This document shows positions 9,078 to 19,299 of a stretch of 49,490 nucleotides of DNA, piece after piece (positions within the stretch are counted from its first letter, which is position 1; the number at the start of each line of letters is the position of its first letter). Source of the DNA: Syntrophales bacterium (GTDB taxonomy: Bacteria; Desulfobacterota; Syntrophia; Syntrophales; UBA2192); NCBI GenBank assembly GCA_035685905.1, contig DASRZY010000228.1, forward strand, positions 1-49,490. Direction: 5' to 3'. The notes beneath the pieces are model-generated. The model did not search any database, was not told where the DNA came from, and saw only the letters and a program-made list of their open reading frames with translations. The translations under genes and the position numbers were made by a program.

Positions 9078-11210
9078 ATGCCCATGAATTTCAAAATCGA
9101 CCGGAACAAATTGCTGATCGCCCTGCTGCTCGTCGCGGCCACGGCGGCCGTATACGGGCAGGTGATCGGCTTCCGTTTTGTCAATCTCGACGACAATCCA
9201 TACGTGCTGGACAATGCCAACGTACTGAAGGGGTTGACCCTGAAGGGTGTCCTCTGGGCCTTCACATCCTTCGACGCCGATTTCTGGCACCCGCTCACCT
9301 GGCTCTCCCACATGCTCGACGTGGAGCTCTGGGGCCTCTGGGCCGGCGGGCATCACCTCACGAGCCTGTTGATACACCTGGCCAACACGGCCCTTCTCTT
9401 CCTTGCCCTGGCGGCCATGACCGGGGCAAATGGCCGGAGCGCGGCCGTGGCGGCCCTCTTTGCGCTGCATCCGCTCCACGTGGAATCGGTGGCCTGGGTG
9501 GCGGAGCGAAAGGATGTCCTGAGCACCTTTTTCTTCATGCTCACCTTGCTGGCCTACGTGAAGTACTGCCGCACAGGCCGGCGGGTTCACTATGGCCTCG
9601 TCGTGCTCGTCTTCGTCCTGGGCCTCATGGCAAAGCCCATGCTCGTCACGGTCCCCCTGGTCCTGTTGCTCCTGGATCTCTGGCCCTTGCGGCGGTTCAG
9701 CCTGCAGGACCTCAGGAGCCCGCGGACCCTTCTTCCGCTTCTCGAGGAAAAGTTGCCGTTTCTCGCGGTCGGATTTCTTTTCGGCATTGTGGCCATTGTC
9801 GCGCAGATCCACAGCGGCGTGGCCTTGCCCTTTTCCGGCGGTTACCCGATGTGGATCCGGATCGTCAATGCCATGGTCTCCTACGGATCCTACCTTGCGC
9901 TGGCCGTCTGGCCCTCGGGGCTCGTCCCCGTCTACCAACACGCGGGTGAAGATGTGTCCCTCTGGAAGGCGGGTGTTTCCGTCGCGGCAATTGCGGCTGC
10001 AGCGGCCTTTGCATGCTGGAAGGCCAGGAAGTACCCCTACCTGATCGTTGGTCTTGCCTGGTATCTGATCACGCTGCTGCCCGTCATCGGGATCCTCCAG
10101 GTGGGCTGGCATTCCATGGCGGATCGGTATACCTACATTCCTCTCATCGGAATCTTCATCGCGGCCGCCTGGGGAATGAACGATCTTGCGGAGGGAAAAC
10201 CCTGGGGGAAGGCCGCCCTGGCCGTCGCAACAGGTGGCGTCATGGGCGCGCTGATGATCGCAACCTGGATCCAGGTCGGGCACTGGAAGGACAGCACCCG
10301 ACTTTTCGAATATATCGTCACGGCAAGCCCGGGAAACGCGCTGGCCCACAACAACCTCGGCTCTGCCTACCAGGGCGAGGGCAGGATGCAGGATGCCATC
10401 GTCCAGTACCACGAGGCCATTCGCATCAAGCCGTACTTCCTGAAGGCCCACGTCAACCTCGCCCTGGCCATGGACCGGGAGGGACGGTCCGACATCGCCA
10501 TCGCCTTTTTCCAGCACGTCATCATGAACTGGCCCCAGTTCGGCGCCGGCTACGCCATGCTGGCCGATATCCTGAAAAAGCAGGAAAAGCCGAGCGAGGC
10601 AATCACGAGATACCTGGAGTCGCTGCAGATCGAGGAGTACCCCGAGGTCCATGTGAGACTGGGCCAGCTTCTGGCCAACGAAGGCAAGACGGAAGAGGCC
10701 GCCTTTCACTTCTACCGCGCCCTGGAGATGCAGCCCGCGCTTGTCGATGCGCGGGTGAATCTGGGGATTCTCCTCCTGCGCAAAGGCATGATCGAGGAAG
10801 CCCGGAAGGAGTACCTCACGGCCCTGCGGTATGCCCCCAATCTTGCTGAGGCTCATTTCAGCCTGGGGAACCTGTACCTGCGGGAAGGAAAGCTTGAGGA
10901 GGCCCACAGGCATCTCTCCGAGGCGGTGAAGGCGAAGCCCGACCACGCCGGCGCACGGACAAACCTGGGTGTGACCCTGGGGCGACAGGGAAAGATCAAG
11001 GAAGCTGCCGCACAGCTGGAAAAGGCCGTTGAACTCAACCCCGGCTCTGCCGAGGCGCGGGACAATCTGGCAAAGGCTTATTGGGTACTGGGGCGCAGGG
11101 ATGAGGCACTGCGTGAGGCTGCCGCCCTCAAGAAGATCAAGCCCGCTGACGCCGAAGCCCTCCGGCTGTGGATGAATTCGAGGGGCGCCGGAACGAATCC
11201 CCGGAACTGA
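9078..11210 (+). CDS. paralogous TMTC-like membrane glycosyltransferase-like protein with a longer TPR tail
   Basis: The N-terminal ~170 aa are near-colinear with 7183..8982 (FVNLDD, FWHPLTWLSHMLD, ALHPLHVESVAWVAERKDVLSTFFFMLTLLAY). Multiple TPRs follow (AHNNLGSAY.., AHFSLGNLY..). Confidence 0.85.
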   Translation: MPMNFKIDRNKLLIALLLVAATAAVYGQVIGFRFVNLDDNPYVLDNANVLKGLTLKGVLWAFTSFDADFWHPLTWLSHMLDVELWGLWAGGHHLTSLLIHLANTALLFLALAAMTGANGRSAAVAALFALHPLHVESVAWVAERKDVLSTFFFMLTLLAYVKYCRTGRRVHYGLVVLVFVLGLMAKPMLVTVPLVLLLLDLWPLRRFSLQDLRSPRTLLPLLEEKLPFLAVGFLFGIVAIVAQIHSGVALPFSGGYPMWIRIVNAMVSYGSYLALAVWPSGLVPVYQHAGEDVSLWKAGVSVAAIAAAAAFACWKARKYPYLIVGLAWYLITLLPVIGILQVGWHSMADRYTYIPLIGIFIAAAWGMNDLAEGKPWGKAALAVATGGVMGALMIATWIQVGHWKDSTRLFEYIVTASPGNALAHNNLGSAYQGEGRMQDAIVQYHEAIRIKPYFLKAHVNLALAMDREGRSDIAIAFFQHVIMNWPQFGAGYAMLADILKKQEKPSEAITRYLESLQIEEYPEVHVRLGQLLANEGKTEEAAFHFYRALEMQPALVDARVNLGILLLRKGMIEEARKEYLTALRYAPNLAEAHFSLGNLYLREGKLEEAHRHLSEAVKAKPDHAGARTNLGVTLGRQGKIKEAAAQLEKAVELNPGSAEARDNLAKAYWVLGRRDEALREAAALKKIKPADAEALRLWMNSRGAGTNPRN

Positions 11211-11492
11211 ATCCGACCCCGCTGCCCTGACGCATTTCCCGGTCACGTATAAGCAATTGATCTTCAGCATTGCATTAAAAAACAAGGACATGCAGGGTTT
11301 TCCCTCAGCTTTAACCCCCCGTTTTTCAATCCGCCTTCATTCGAATCGATCTAATACTTTTTTCGTATAAACAACTTGACAAGAAGTGCAACAAATGCAA
11401 CTAATGCAATGTCTTGTAGGGGAGGTCTCCAAAATTTCATCAGGTTTGATCGACGTTGACTTGCCCGGTCATCTCATCGGCAGGTTGGACAA

Positions 11493-11804
11493 ATGGCACT
11501 GGTCTGCATACTATCCGTTTTCGCCGTGGTTGCGATTGTCCTTTATTCAATCTGCGCAGCCTCTTCCAAGATACATCGCCGCATTGAGAATCGAACTCTT
11601 GTGTTTCGGCCCCCTGATTTGGCGAAGCCGTTCGAGGACCTTCTTGCGGAGGGGGATGTGGAAAGCGTCTACCGGATCGTGAAAGGTCTGGCGCAACGGG
11701 GCGATATTGAGATCATCGAAACGGAAAACGAAATCATCATCACGAGGCCCGAGCCTTTGCCAGAAGACGTGGAACCCATTGCCATGCCCGGCAGGATGCC
11801 GTAA
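11493..11804 (+). CDS. hypothetical small membrane-anchored protein (one N-terminal TM helix, acidic C-terminus)
   Basis: 103-aa ORF in a visibly AT-richer stretch. The codon pattern looks coding, I recognise no family, and the RBS is weak. Confidence 0.45.
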   Translation: MALVCILSVFAVVAIVLYSICAASSKIHRRIENRTLVFRPPDLAKPFEDLLAEGDVESVYRIVKGLAQRGDIEIIETENEIIITRPEPLPEDVEPIAMPGRMP

Positions 11805-12077
11805 CTATCCATTGCAGCCGGCCCTGCCGAGTCGTCTTCTTGCCGCAAGCCGGGGACGCCCCCGGCCAGCCCTTTCAACGCCGCAGTAAATCACCTCTGG
11901 AACGTGTGATCGATTCTTGATAAAGCCGCATGGAACTCCCCGCTGTGCGTGTCAAATCGTCAAGATAATTGGTCAGTTGGGAAAAGTTCTTCTCCTGGCC
12001 TTTTTTCGGATATATCATTGAACCTGGTGTGGATTTGTGCTATGACGTGCACCGAGTCCGAAGGAGGGGTTCCTGCC

Positions 12078-12698
12078 ATGAGGTTTGTCCCGAAGGATGA
12101 GAAGTTCTACGATCTTTTCGAGGAGCTTGCCTGCAAGATCGAAGAGGGCGGAAAGCTCTTCGTGGACATTCTCAATAACTACGAGTACGGCGAGCCGAAG
12201 CTGACGAAGCTCAAGGAGATTGAGCACGAGGCCGACGAGATCACTCACCGCGCCTACGAGAGGATGCACAAGACCTTTCTCACGCCGCTGGATCGCGAGG
12301 ACATCTATGCCCTGGTCAACAAGATGGACAGCATCCTGGACATGATCGAGGCCTCGGCGGTGAGAATGTTTCTCTACAAGGTCAAGAAGCCGGCCGAGGA
12401 GCTTTTCGTTCTCATGCGGATTCTCAACGAGGCCATCGCCAAGGTGAAGGTTGTCGTCCATGCCCTCCGGGACAAGAAAAACTCCAAGATGATCCTCGAG
12501 GCCTGCGTGGAGATCAACACCCTGGAGAACGAGGGGGATTACGTGCTGCGCACGGCGATGGCCCGCCTGTTCGAGCGCGAAAAGGACCCCATCGAGCTGA
12601 TCAAGTGGAAGGAAATATTCGAGCGGATCGAGGAATCCATTGATGTATGCGAGGACGTCTCAAACATCATCGAAGGAATCGTCCTGAAGCATGCCTGA
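12078..12698 (+). CDS. DUF47/PhoU-like (TIGR00153) protein, the usual partner of PiT phosphate transporters
   Basis: MRFVPKDEKFYDLFEE...EHEADEITH...LENEGDYV. ATG at 12078 is preceded by aaggagggg. Confidence 0.9.
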   Translation: MRFVPKDEKFYDLFEELACKIEEGGKLFVDILNNYEYGEPKLTKLKEIEHEADEITHRAYERMHKTFLTPLDREDIYALVNKMDSILDMIEASAVRMFLYKVKKPAEELFVLMRILNEAIAKVKVVVHALRDKKNSKMILEACVEINTLENEGDYVLRTAMARLFEREKDPIELIKWKEIFERIEESIDVCEDVSNIIEGIVLKHA

Positions 12699-12846
12699 TC
12701 CGGTTCTTGCCGCCGTTATCTTCCTGATCGTCGTCGCGCTGGCCTTTGACTTCATCAACGGCTTTCACGATGCGGCCAATTCCATTTCCTGTGTCGTCTC
12801 CACCCGGGTTCTTTCAACGGCAGCAGTACACCCGCTCATCGACTGA
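12691..12846 (+). pseudogene. pit: truncated remnant of a PiT-family inorganic phosphate transporter (first ~45 codons only)
   Basis: Own translation: MPDPVLAAVIFLIVVALAFDFINGFHDAANSISCVVSTRVLS, then TAAVHPLID-stop. The FDFINGFHDAANS..STRVLS signature is the PiT N-terminus. The start overlaps the DUF47 stop, as in intact DUF47-pit operons. Confidence 0.7.
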
Positions 12847-12886
12847 GCCCCGGACAAACTGTCTCAAGCCTTGGAGGAGGAGCACA

Positions 12887-13498
12887 ATGCTGGAGAAGAT
12901 TTTCTGGCTGGGCCACTCGACGATCCGGATCGACGCGGAGCCGGTCATTTACATCGACCCCTGGAAGGTCAAGCAGCCGAAAAAGGCGGGCCTTGTCCTC
13001 ATCAGCCACTGCCATTATGATCACCTTTCGCCGCAGGATGTAAAAAGAGTCTCCGGGCCGGATACCGTTATCCTGGCTCCTGCCGACTGCCTGGGGGATC
13101 TGCCGGCCGGGGCAAGAATCATCAAACCGGGCGACCGGGTCGAACTGGGTTCAATCATCGTGGAAGCCGTGCCGTCCTACAACACCAACAAGGCCTTCCA
13201 CCCCCGGACGAGCGGATGGGTGGGGTTTGTCATCACGGTAGAAGGGCGTCGCATCTATTACCCGGGCGACACGGATGTCATCCCCGAGATGGAAAAAATC
13301 AGGGCCGACATCGTGGTGATCCCCGTCGGGGGGACCTACACGATGACCGCCGCAGAGGCGGCCGATGCCGTAAACCTGATGAAACCCGTCGTCGCCATCC
13401 CCATCCACTGGGGTGATATCGTCGGGACGCGGGCAGATGCGGAAAAATTCAAGGAATATTGCATGGTTGCTGTTGAAATCAAACCGATTGCCGAATAG
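12887..13498 (+). CDS. MBL-fold metallo-hydrolase (small UPF0173-like)
   Basis: HCHYDH motif. ATG at 12887 is preceded by ggaggagg, and the upstream part of track ORF 12746.. is the pit remnant read in another frame. Confidence 0.85.
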   Translation: MLEKIFWLGHSTIRIDAEPVIYIDPWKVKQPKKAGLVLISHCHYDHLSPQDVKRVSGPDTVILAPADCLGDLPAGARIIKPGDRVELGSIIVEAVPSYNTNKAFHPRTSGWVGFVITVEGRRIYYPGDTDVIPEMEKIRADIVVIPVGGTYTMTAAEAADAVNLMKPVVAIPIHWGDIVGTRADAEKFKEYCMVAVEIKPIAE

Positions 13499-13535
13499 CG
13501 AGCCTGTGGACGCGATAAATTTTTCATCCTTTCCC

Positions 13536-13564
13536 TTGACAGTCCCCATTCCATGCATATATAT
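13536..13564 (+). promoter_or_regulatory. candidate sigma70 promoter of groESL (TTGACA-N16/17-TATATA)
   Basis: TTGACA at 13536-13541 and tatata at 13558-13563. No CIRCE inverted repeat is seen. Confidence 0.5.
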
Positions 13565-13652
13565 ACCTCTGATTTCCCGCATTTAAAATCCGCTACCCAC
13601 AGGGTCAGCATTAAATCCTGAAAATAACAACAATAAAAAGGGAGGTTTGACG

Positions 13653-13946
13653 ATGAAGATCAGGCCATTGTACGACAGACTTATCGTGAGGCGCGTTGCG
13701 GAAGAGGAGAAGACCAAGGGGGGGATCATCATCCCTGACACCGCAAAGGACAAGCCCACCGAAGGCGAAGTCGTGGCAGCGGGCAAGGGCAAAATGACAG
13801 AAGACGGCAAGGTCATCCCCATGGACGTCAAGAAGGGCGACCGGATCCTTTTCAGCAAGTACGCCGGCAACGAAGTCAAAATCGACGGCACCGAGTACCT
13901 CATCATGAGGGAAGAAGACGTGCTGGGAATCATCGAGAAAAAGTAA
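13653..13946 (+). CDS. groES: co-chaperonin GroES
   Basis: [34 protein letters not shown]; RBS gggagg. Confidence 0.97.
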   Translation: MKIRPLYDRLIVRRVAEEEKTKGGIIIPDTAKDKPTEGEVVAAGKGKMTEDGKVIPMDVKKGDRILFSKYAGNEVKIDGTEYLIMREEDVLGIIEKK

Positions 13947-13970
13947 TCGAAATTAAGGAGGATACAATAG

Positions 13971-15614
<1,644 letters not shown>

Positions 15615-15649
15615 GAAGAGGCGATTTGCCCCTTTCTCGAGAACGAAAA

Positions 15650-15680
15650 AGCCTCCTGCCCCGGCAGGGGGCTTTTTTTA
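15650..15680 (+). terminator. rho-independent terminator after groEL
   Basis: agcctcctgcc / ggcagggggct stem followed by T7. Confidence 0.8.
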
Positions 15681-15750
15681 TCCCGCAGCGGTATTCATCC
15701 GCCTTGAAACTCGGGGAACAATGTGATAATTGCTACAGATTCGTAAAACA

Positions 15751-15885
15751 GTTCGTTAAGTTCCATTGGTTCTGTTAGTTCTATTGGTTCGAGAAAGAAA
15801 AGAAGTTTGTTGGCAGGATGCTTCCTGGGGGAATCTCCCTCCATTTTGAACCAATTGAACCAATAGAACTAGCGAACTAACGAAC
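15751..15885. repeat. large inverted repeat built from GTTC (left) and GAAC (right) 8-9-nt periodic words, immediately upstream of ileS
   Basis: GTTC at 15751, 15760, 15769, 15778 and 15787. GAAC at 15848, 15857, 15866, 15874 and 15882. A perfect 13-bp inner stem (gttctattggttc/gaaccaatagaac) and an outer ~12-bp stem surround a 57-nt purine-rich core. A T-rich run (15891-15903) follows. Confidence 0.85.
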
Positions 15886-15927
15886 GCATTTGTTTTTTTT
15901 GTTTGATCGTGTCTGGAGGACATACCG

Positions 15928-18720
15928 ATGGATTACAAAAGTACCCTGAATCTGCCCAAGACCGATTTCCCCATGAAGGCCAGCCTTTCCAAGAAAGAGC
16001 CGGAAACGCTCGGCTGGTGGGAGCAGATCCGCATCTACGACAAGATCCGCGAGGTCTCCAAGGGCCGCCCGACCTACATCCTTCATGACGGCCCCCCGTA
16101 CGCCAACGGAGACATCCACCTCGGCACGGCCCTGAACAAGATCATCAAGGACCTCGTCATCAAGTCGAAGAACATGGCCGGCTTCGACAGCATCTACGTG
16201 CCCGGCTGGGACTGCCACGGCCTTCCCATCGAGCACCAGGTGGACAAGGAGCTGGGCGACAGGAAAGGGACTCTCACGCAGGCCGAGAAGCGGCGGTACT
16301 GCCGCAAGTACGCCGAGAAGTTCGTGGGCATCCAGCGCGACGAGTTCAAACGTCTCGGTGTCTTCGGCGAGTGGGACAACCCCTACCTCACCATGGCGTA
16401 CGAGTACGAGTCCATCACGGCGGCTGAGTTCGCCAGGCTGATGCTCAGCGGCGACGTCTACAAGGGCAAGAAGCCCGTCTACTGGTGCGCCACCTGCAAG
16501 ACGGCGCTTGCCGAGGCCGAGGTGGAGTACGGCGATCACGTGACGCCGGCCATCTACGTCAAGTTCCCCATGATCTCGGACATCTCGGCCGTGCGCCCGA
16601 AGCTCAAGGGCGAGAAGGTCTTTGCCGTCATCTGGACGACGACCCCCTGGACGATCCCGGCCAACCTGGCCATCGCCTTCCACAAGGAGTTCATCTACGC
16701 CGCCGTGAAGGTGAAGCAGACAGGGGAGGTCCTCATCATGGCCAGGGACCTCGTGGACTACTGCATGGACGCCTTCGGGTTCAAGGAATACGAGATCCTC
16801 GACGAGTTCCCCGGCGAGGTGGTGGAAGGCCTCAAGGCCAAGCACCCCTTCATCGACCGGGAGAGCGTCTTCATCCTGGCCCCCTTCGTCACCCTCGATG
16901 CCGGCACGGGCATGGTCCACATCGCCCCGGGCCACGGCGCCGAGGACTACGAGATCGGCATGGAGTACGGTCTTGACAACTACGCACCCGTCGACGAGGA
17001 CGGCAACTTCACGAAGGACGTGGAATTCTTCGCCGGACAGTTCGTCTTCGACGCCAACGGGGCCGTAAACAGGAAGCTCAAGGAAGTGGGGGCGCTCCTG
17101 GGCGTGGGGGACATCGAGCACTCCTACCCCCATTGCTGGCGCTGCAAGAAGCCCATCATCTTCCGCTCCACCGAGCAGTGGTTCATCTCCATGGAGAAAA
17201 ACGGGCTTCGAAAAAAGGCCCTCGAGAGCATCAACAGCGTCCAGTGGTTCCCCTCGTGGGGGCGCGACCGGATCTACGGCATGGTGGAGAACCGCCCCGA
17301 CTGGTGCATCTCCCGCCAGCGTCTCTGGGGTGTGCCCATCATCCTTTTCTACTGCAAAGCGTGCGACACGGTCGTTTACTCGAAAGAGATCCTCGACCAC
17401 GTCGTGGGGCTCATGCGCGAGCATGGCGCAGATGTCTGGTTCGAGCGCGAGCCGAAGGACCTGATGCCCGCGGGCACGGCCTGCCCGGACTGCAAAGGCA
17501 CGACGTTCCGCAAGGAGACCAATATCCTGGATGTCTGGTTCGACTCCGGCGTGAGCCACGCCGCCGTTCTCGAGACAAGGAGCTACCTGCGTTCCCCCTG
17601 CGACATGTACCTCGAGGGCAGCGACCAGCACCGCGGCTGGTTCCACTCGTCTTTGCTCGAGTCTGTGGGGACCCGCGGCCGGGCGCCTTACAAGACGGTG
17701 CTCACCCATGGTTTCGTCGTCGACGGCGAGGGGAAGAAAATGTCCAAGTCCGTGGGCAACGTCATCGACCCCCAGGCGATCATCGACAAGTTCGGCGCCG
17801 AGATCCTTCGTCTCTGGGTTGCCGCCGAGGACTACACCGACGACATCCGGATCTCCGACGAGATCCTGGAGCGCCTCGTCGAGGCGTATCGCCGCATTCG
17901 AAACACGAGCCGCTACATCCTGGGCAACCTCTACGATTTCGATGCGAAGAAGGACATGGTCCCCTACGGCGAGATGGAAGAAATCGACCGCTGGGCCCTC
18001 TGGCGCCTGCAGGCCCTCATCGAGCGGACGCGGAAGGCCTACGAGAACTTCCAGTTCCATATGGTTTACTACACGCTGTACAACTTCTGCACGGTGGATC
18101 TCAGCTCGCTTTATCTCGACGTGCTGAAGGACCGCCTCTACACATCGGGCAAGGCCTCGAAGGGCCGGCGCTCCGCGCAAAGCGCCATGTTCATCATTCT
18201 CGACGCCATGACGAGGATGCTTGCCCCGATCCTCACGTTCACCGCCGAGGAGGTGTGGCGGAGCCTGCCCGCCTATGAAGGCAAGGCTGCAAGCGTCCAC
18301 CTGACTCAGTTTCCGGAAGTGAACGCGGCCTGGGCCGACGAGAAACTGGGCGAGACCTGGAAGACCCTGATTGCCGTGCGCGGCGAGATCTCCAAGGCGA
18401 TGGAGACGGCCCGGAAGAACAAGGTCATTGGCCACCCGCTCGATGCGGCCGTGACCGTTACCGGCCCGGAGAAACTGACGGAGCTTCTCGCGAAGTACGA
18501 GGAGGACATGAAAGCGTTCTGCATCATCTCGGGGTTCCGCGTGCAGAAGGGCGGTGAACTGAAAGATGCCTTCGAGAGCACGGAACTTCCCGGCCTGAAG
18601 GTTGCCGTGACGAAGGCCGGCGGCGCAAAGTGCGAGCGCTGCTGGGTCTTCAGCGAGGAACTGGGGCGCGATTCGAACCACCCGAAGATCTGCCCGAAGT
18701 GCCTGGCGAACCTGCAGTAG
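15928..18720 (+). CDS. ileS: isoleucine--tRNA ligase
   Basis: 930 aa with HLGTALNK (HIGH-type), KMSKS and a C-terminal Zn-binding CxxC pair. Confidence 0.98.
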   Translation: MDYKSTLNLPKTDFPMKASLSKKEPETLGWWEQIRIYDKIREVSKGRPTYILHDGPPYANGDIHLGTALNKIIKDLVIKSKNMAGFDSIYVPGWDCHGLPIEHQVDKELGDRKGTLTQAEKRRYCRKYAEKFVGIQRDEFKRLGVFGEWDNPYLTMAYEYESITAAEFARLMLSGDVYKGKKPVYWCATCKTALAEAEVEYGDHVTPAIYVKFPMISDISAVRPKLKGEKVFAVIWTTTPWTIPANLAIAFHKEFIYAAVKVKQTGEVLIMARDLVDYCMDAFGFKEYEILDEFPGEVVEGLKAKHPFIDRESVFILAPFVTLDAGTGMVHIAPGHGAEDYEIGMEYGLDNYAPVDEDGNFTKDVEFFAGQFVFDANGAVNRKLKEVGALLGVGDIEHSYPHCWRCKKPIIFRSTEQWFISMEKNGLRKKALESINSVQWFPSWGRDRIYGMVENRPDWCISRQRLWGVPIILFYCKACDTVVYSKEILDHVVGLMREHGADVWFEREPKDLMPAGTACPDCKGTTFRKETNILDVWFDSGVSHAAVLETRSYLRSPCDMYLEGSDQHRGWFHSSLLESVGTRGRAPYKTVLTHGFVVDGEGKKMSKSVGNVIDPQAIIDKFGAEILRLWVAAEDYTDDIRISDEILERLVEAYRRIRNTSRYILGNLYDFDAKKDMVPYGEMEEIDRWALWRLQALIERTRKAYENFQFHMVYYTLYNFCTVDLSSLYLDVLKDRLYTSGKASKGRRSAQSAMFIILDAMTRMLAPILTFTAEEVWRSLPAYEGKAASVHLTQFPEVNAAWADEKLGETWKTLIAVRGEISKAMETARKNKVIGHPLDAAVTVTGPEKLTELLAKYEEDMKAFCIISGFRVQKGGELKDAFESTELPGLKVAVTKAGGAKCERCWVFSEELGRDSNHPKICPKCLANLQ

Positions 18721-18729
18721 CAGGTCCGA

Positions 18730-18753
18730 GGGACGAGGGTTTAGGGACAAGGG
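18730..18753 (+). repeat. GGG heptamer array (canonical G4 motif) right after the ileS stop codon
   Basis: GGG at 18730, 18737, 18744 and 18751 (exact 7-nt period). It is followed by the hairpin ggcgaaagg/cctttcgcc (18776-18801). Confidence 0.8.
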
Positions 18754-18813
18754 TCAAGGCGGAAGAAAAAGAAAAGGCGAAAGGGCATCAATCCTTTCGC
18801 CTTCAGTTTCGAG

Positions 18814-19296
18814 GTGACTGTGAAAAGAAACTATCTGTTGTTCGTTCTCACCGTGCTGGTGATCATTGTGCTCGACCAGATCACGAAGGTCTACATCGAC
18901 ATGCACATGACGCTGCATGAGTCGATTCCCGTCGTCCACGGCTATTTCAACATCACCTATGTCAGAAACCCCGGAGCCGCTTTCGGGTTCCTGTCCGACG
19001 CCTCGCCGTTCCTGAGGGCGCTTTTCCTCATCGGCGTGTCCACGTTCGCAGCAGGGCTCATCGTCTTCTATATCATCAAGATGAAGACGGAAGACATCCT
19101 GCTCACCTACGGCATGTCGCTCATCATGGGGGGGGCCGTTGGCAACCTCATCGACCGCATCCGCCTCGGAGAGGTGATCGACTTTCTCGACGTCTACGTC
19201 TCCACCTATCACTGGCCTGCCTTCAACGTGGCCGACTCGGCGGTCTCCGTGGGGGCGGTGATACTGTTCTACAAGCTGATCAAGGGGCAAGTCTGA
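18814..19296 (+). CDS. lspA: lipoprotein signal peptidase II
   Basis: NPGAAFGF and IDF..FNVAD motifs. GTG start after gagg, with ileS-lspA synteny. Confidence 0.9.
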   Translation: MTVKRNYLLFVLTVLVIIVLDQITKVYIDMHMTLHESIPVVHGYFNITYVRNPGAAFGFLSDASPFLRALFLIGVSTFAAGLIVFYIIKMKTEDILLTYGMSLIMGGAVGNLIDRIRLGEVIDFLDVYVSTYHWPAFNVADSAVSVGAVILFYKLIKGQV

Positions 19297-19299
19297 AAC

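Noticed and set aside
7018-11291. 649-aa and 770-aa minus-strand ORFs (7018..8967, 8979..11291)
   Set aside because: They are antisense to the two TPR-glycosyltransferase paralogs, whose plus-strand products have clear conserved motifs and TM/TPR architecture.
13500-13652. Looked for a CIRCE (TTAGCACTC-N9-GAGTGCTAA) element or a sigma32 promoter upstream of groES
   Set aside because: No CIRCE-like inverted repeat is present. CCCCATTC at 13544 resembles a sigma32 -10 element, but no CTTGAA -35 sits at the right spacing. Only a sigma70-like TTGACA/TATATA pair is supported.
15615-15927. T-box riboswitch or Ile-rich leader upstream of ileS
   Set aside because: I could see no conserved T-box sequence or specifier-loop architecture, and there is no short ORF with Ile runs. 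The region is instead occupied by the GTTC/GAAC hairpin element.
15877-18750. 957-aa ORF on the minus strand spanning all of ileS
   Set aside because: It is the antisense shadow of a clearly recognisable ileS in high-GC DNA. Its composition (R/G/D/H/V/L/P-rich, no motifs) is typical of the opposite frame, and no family is recognisable.
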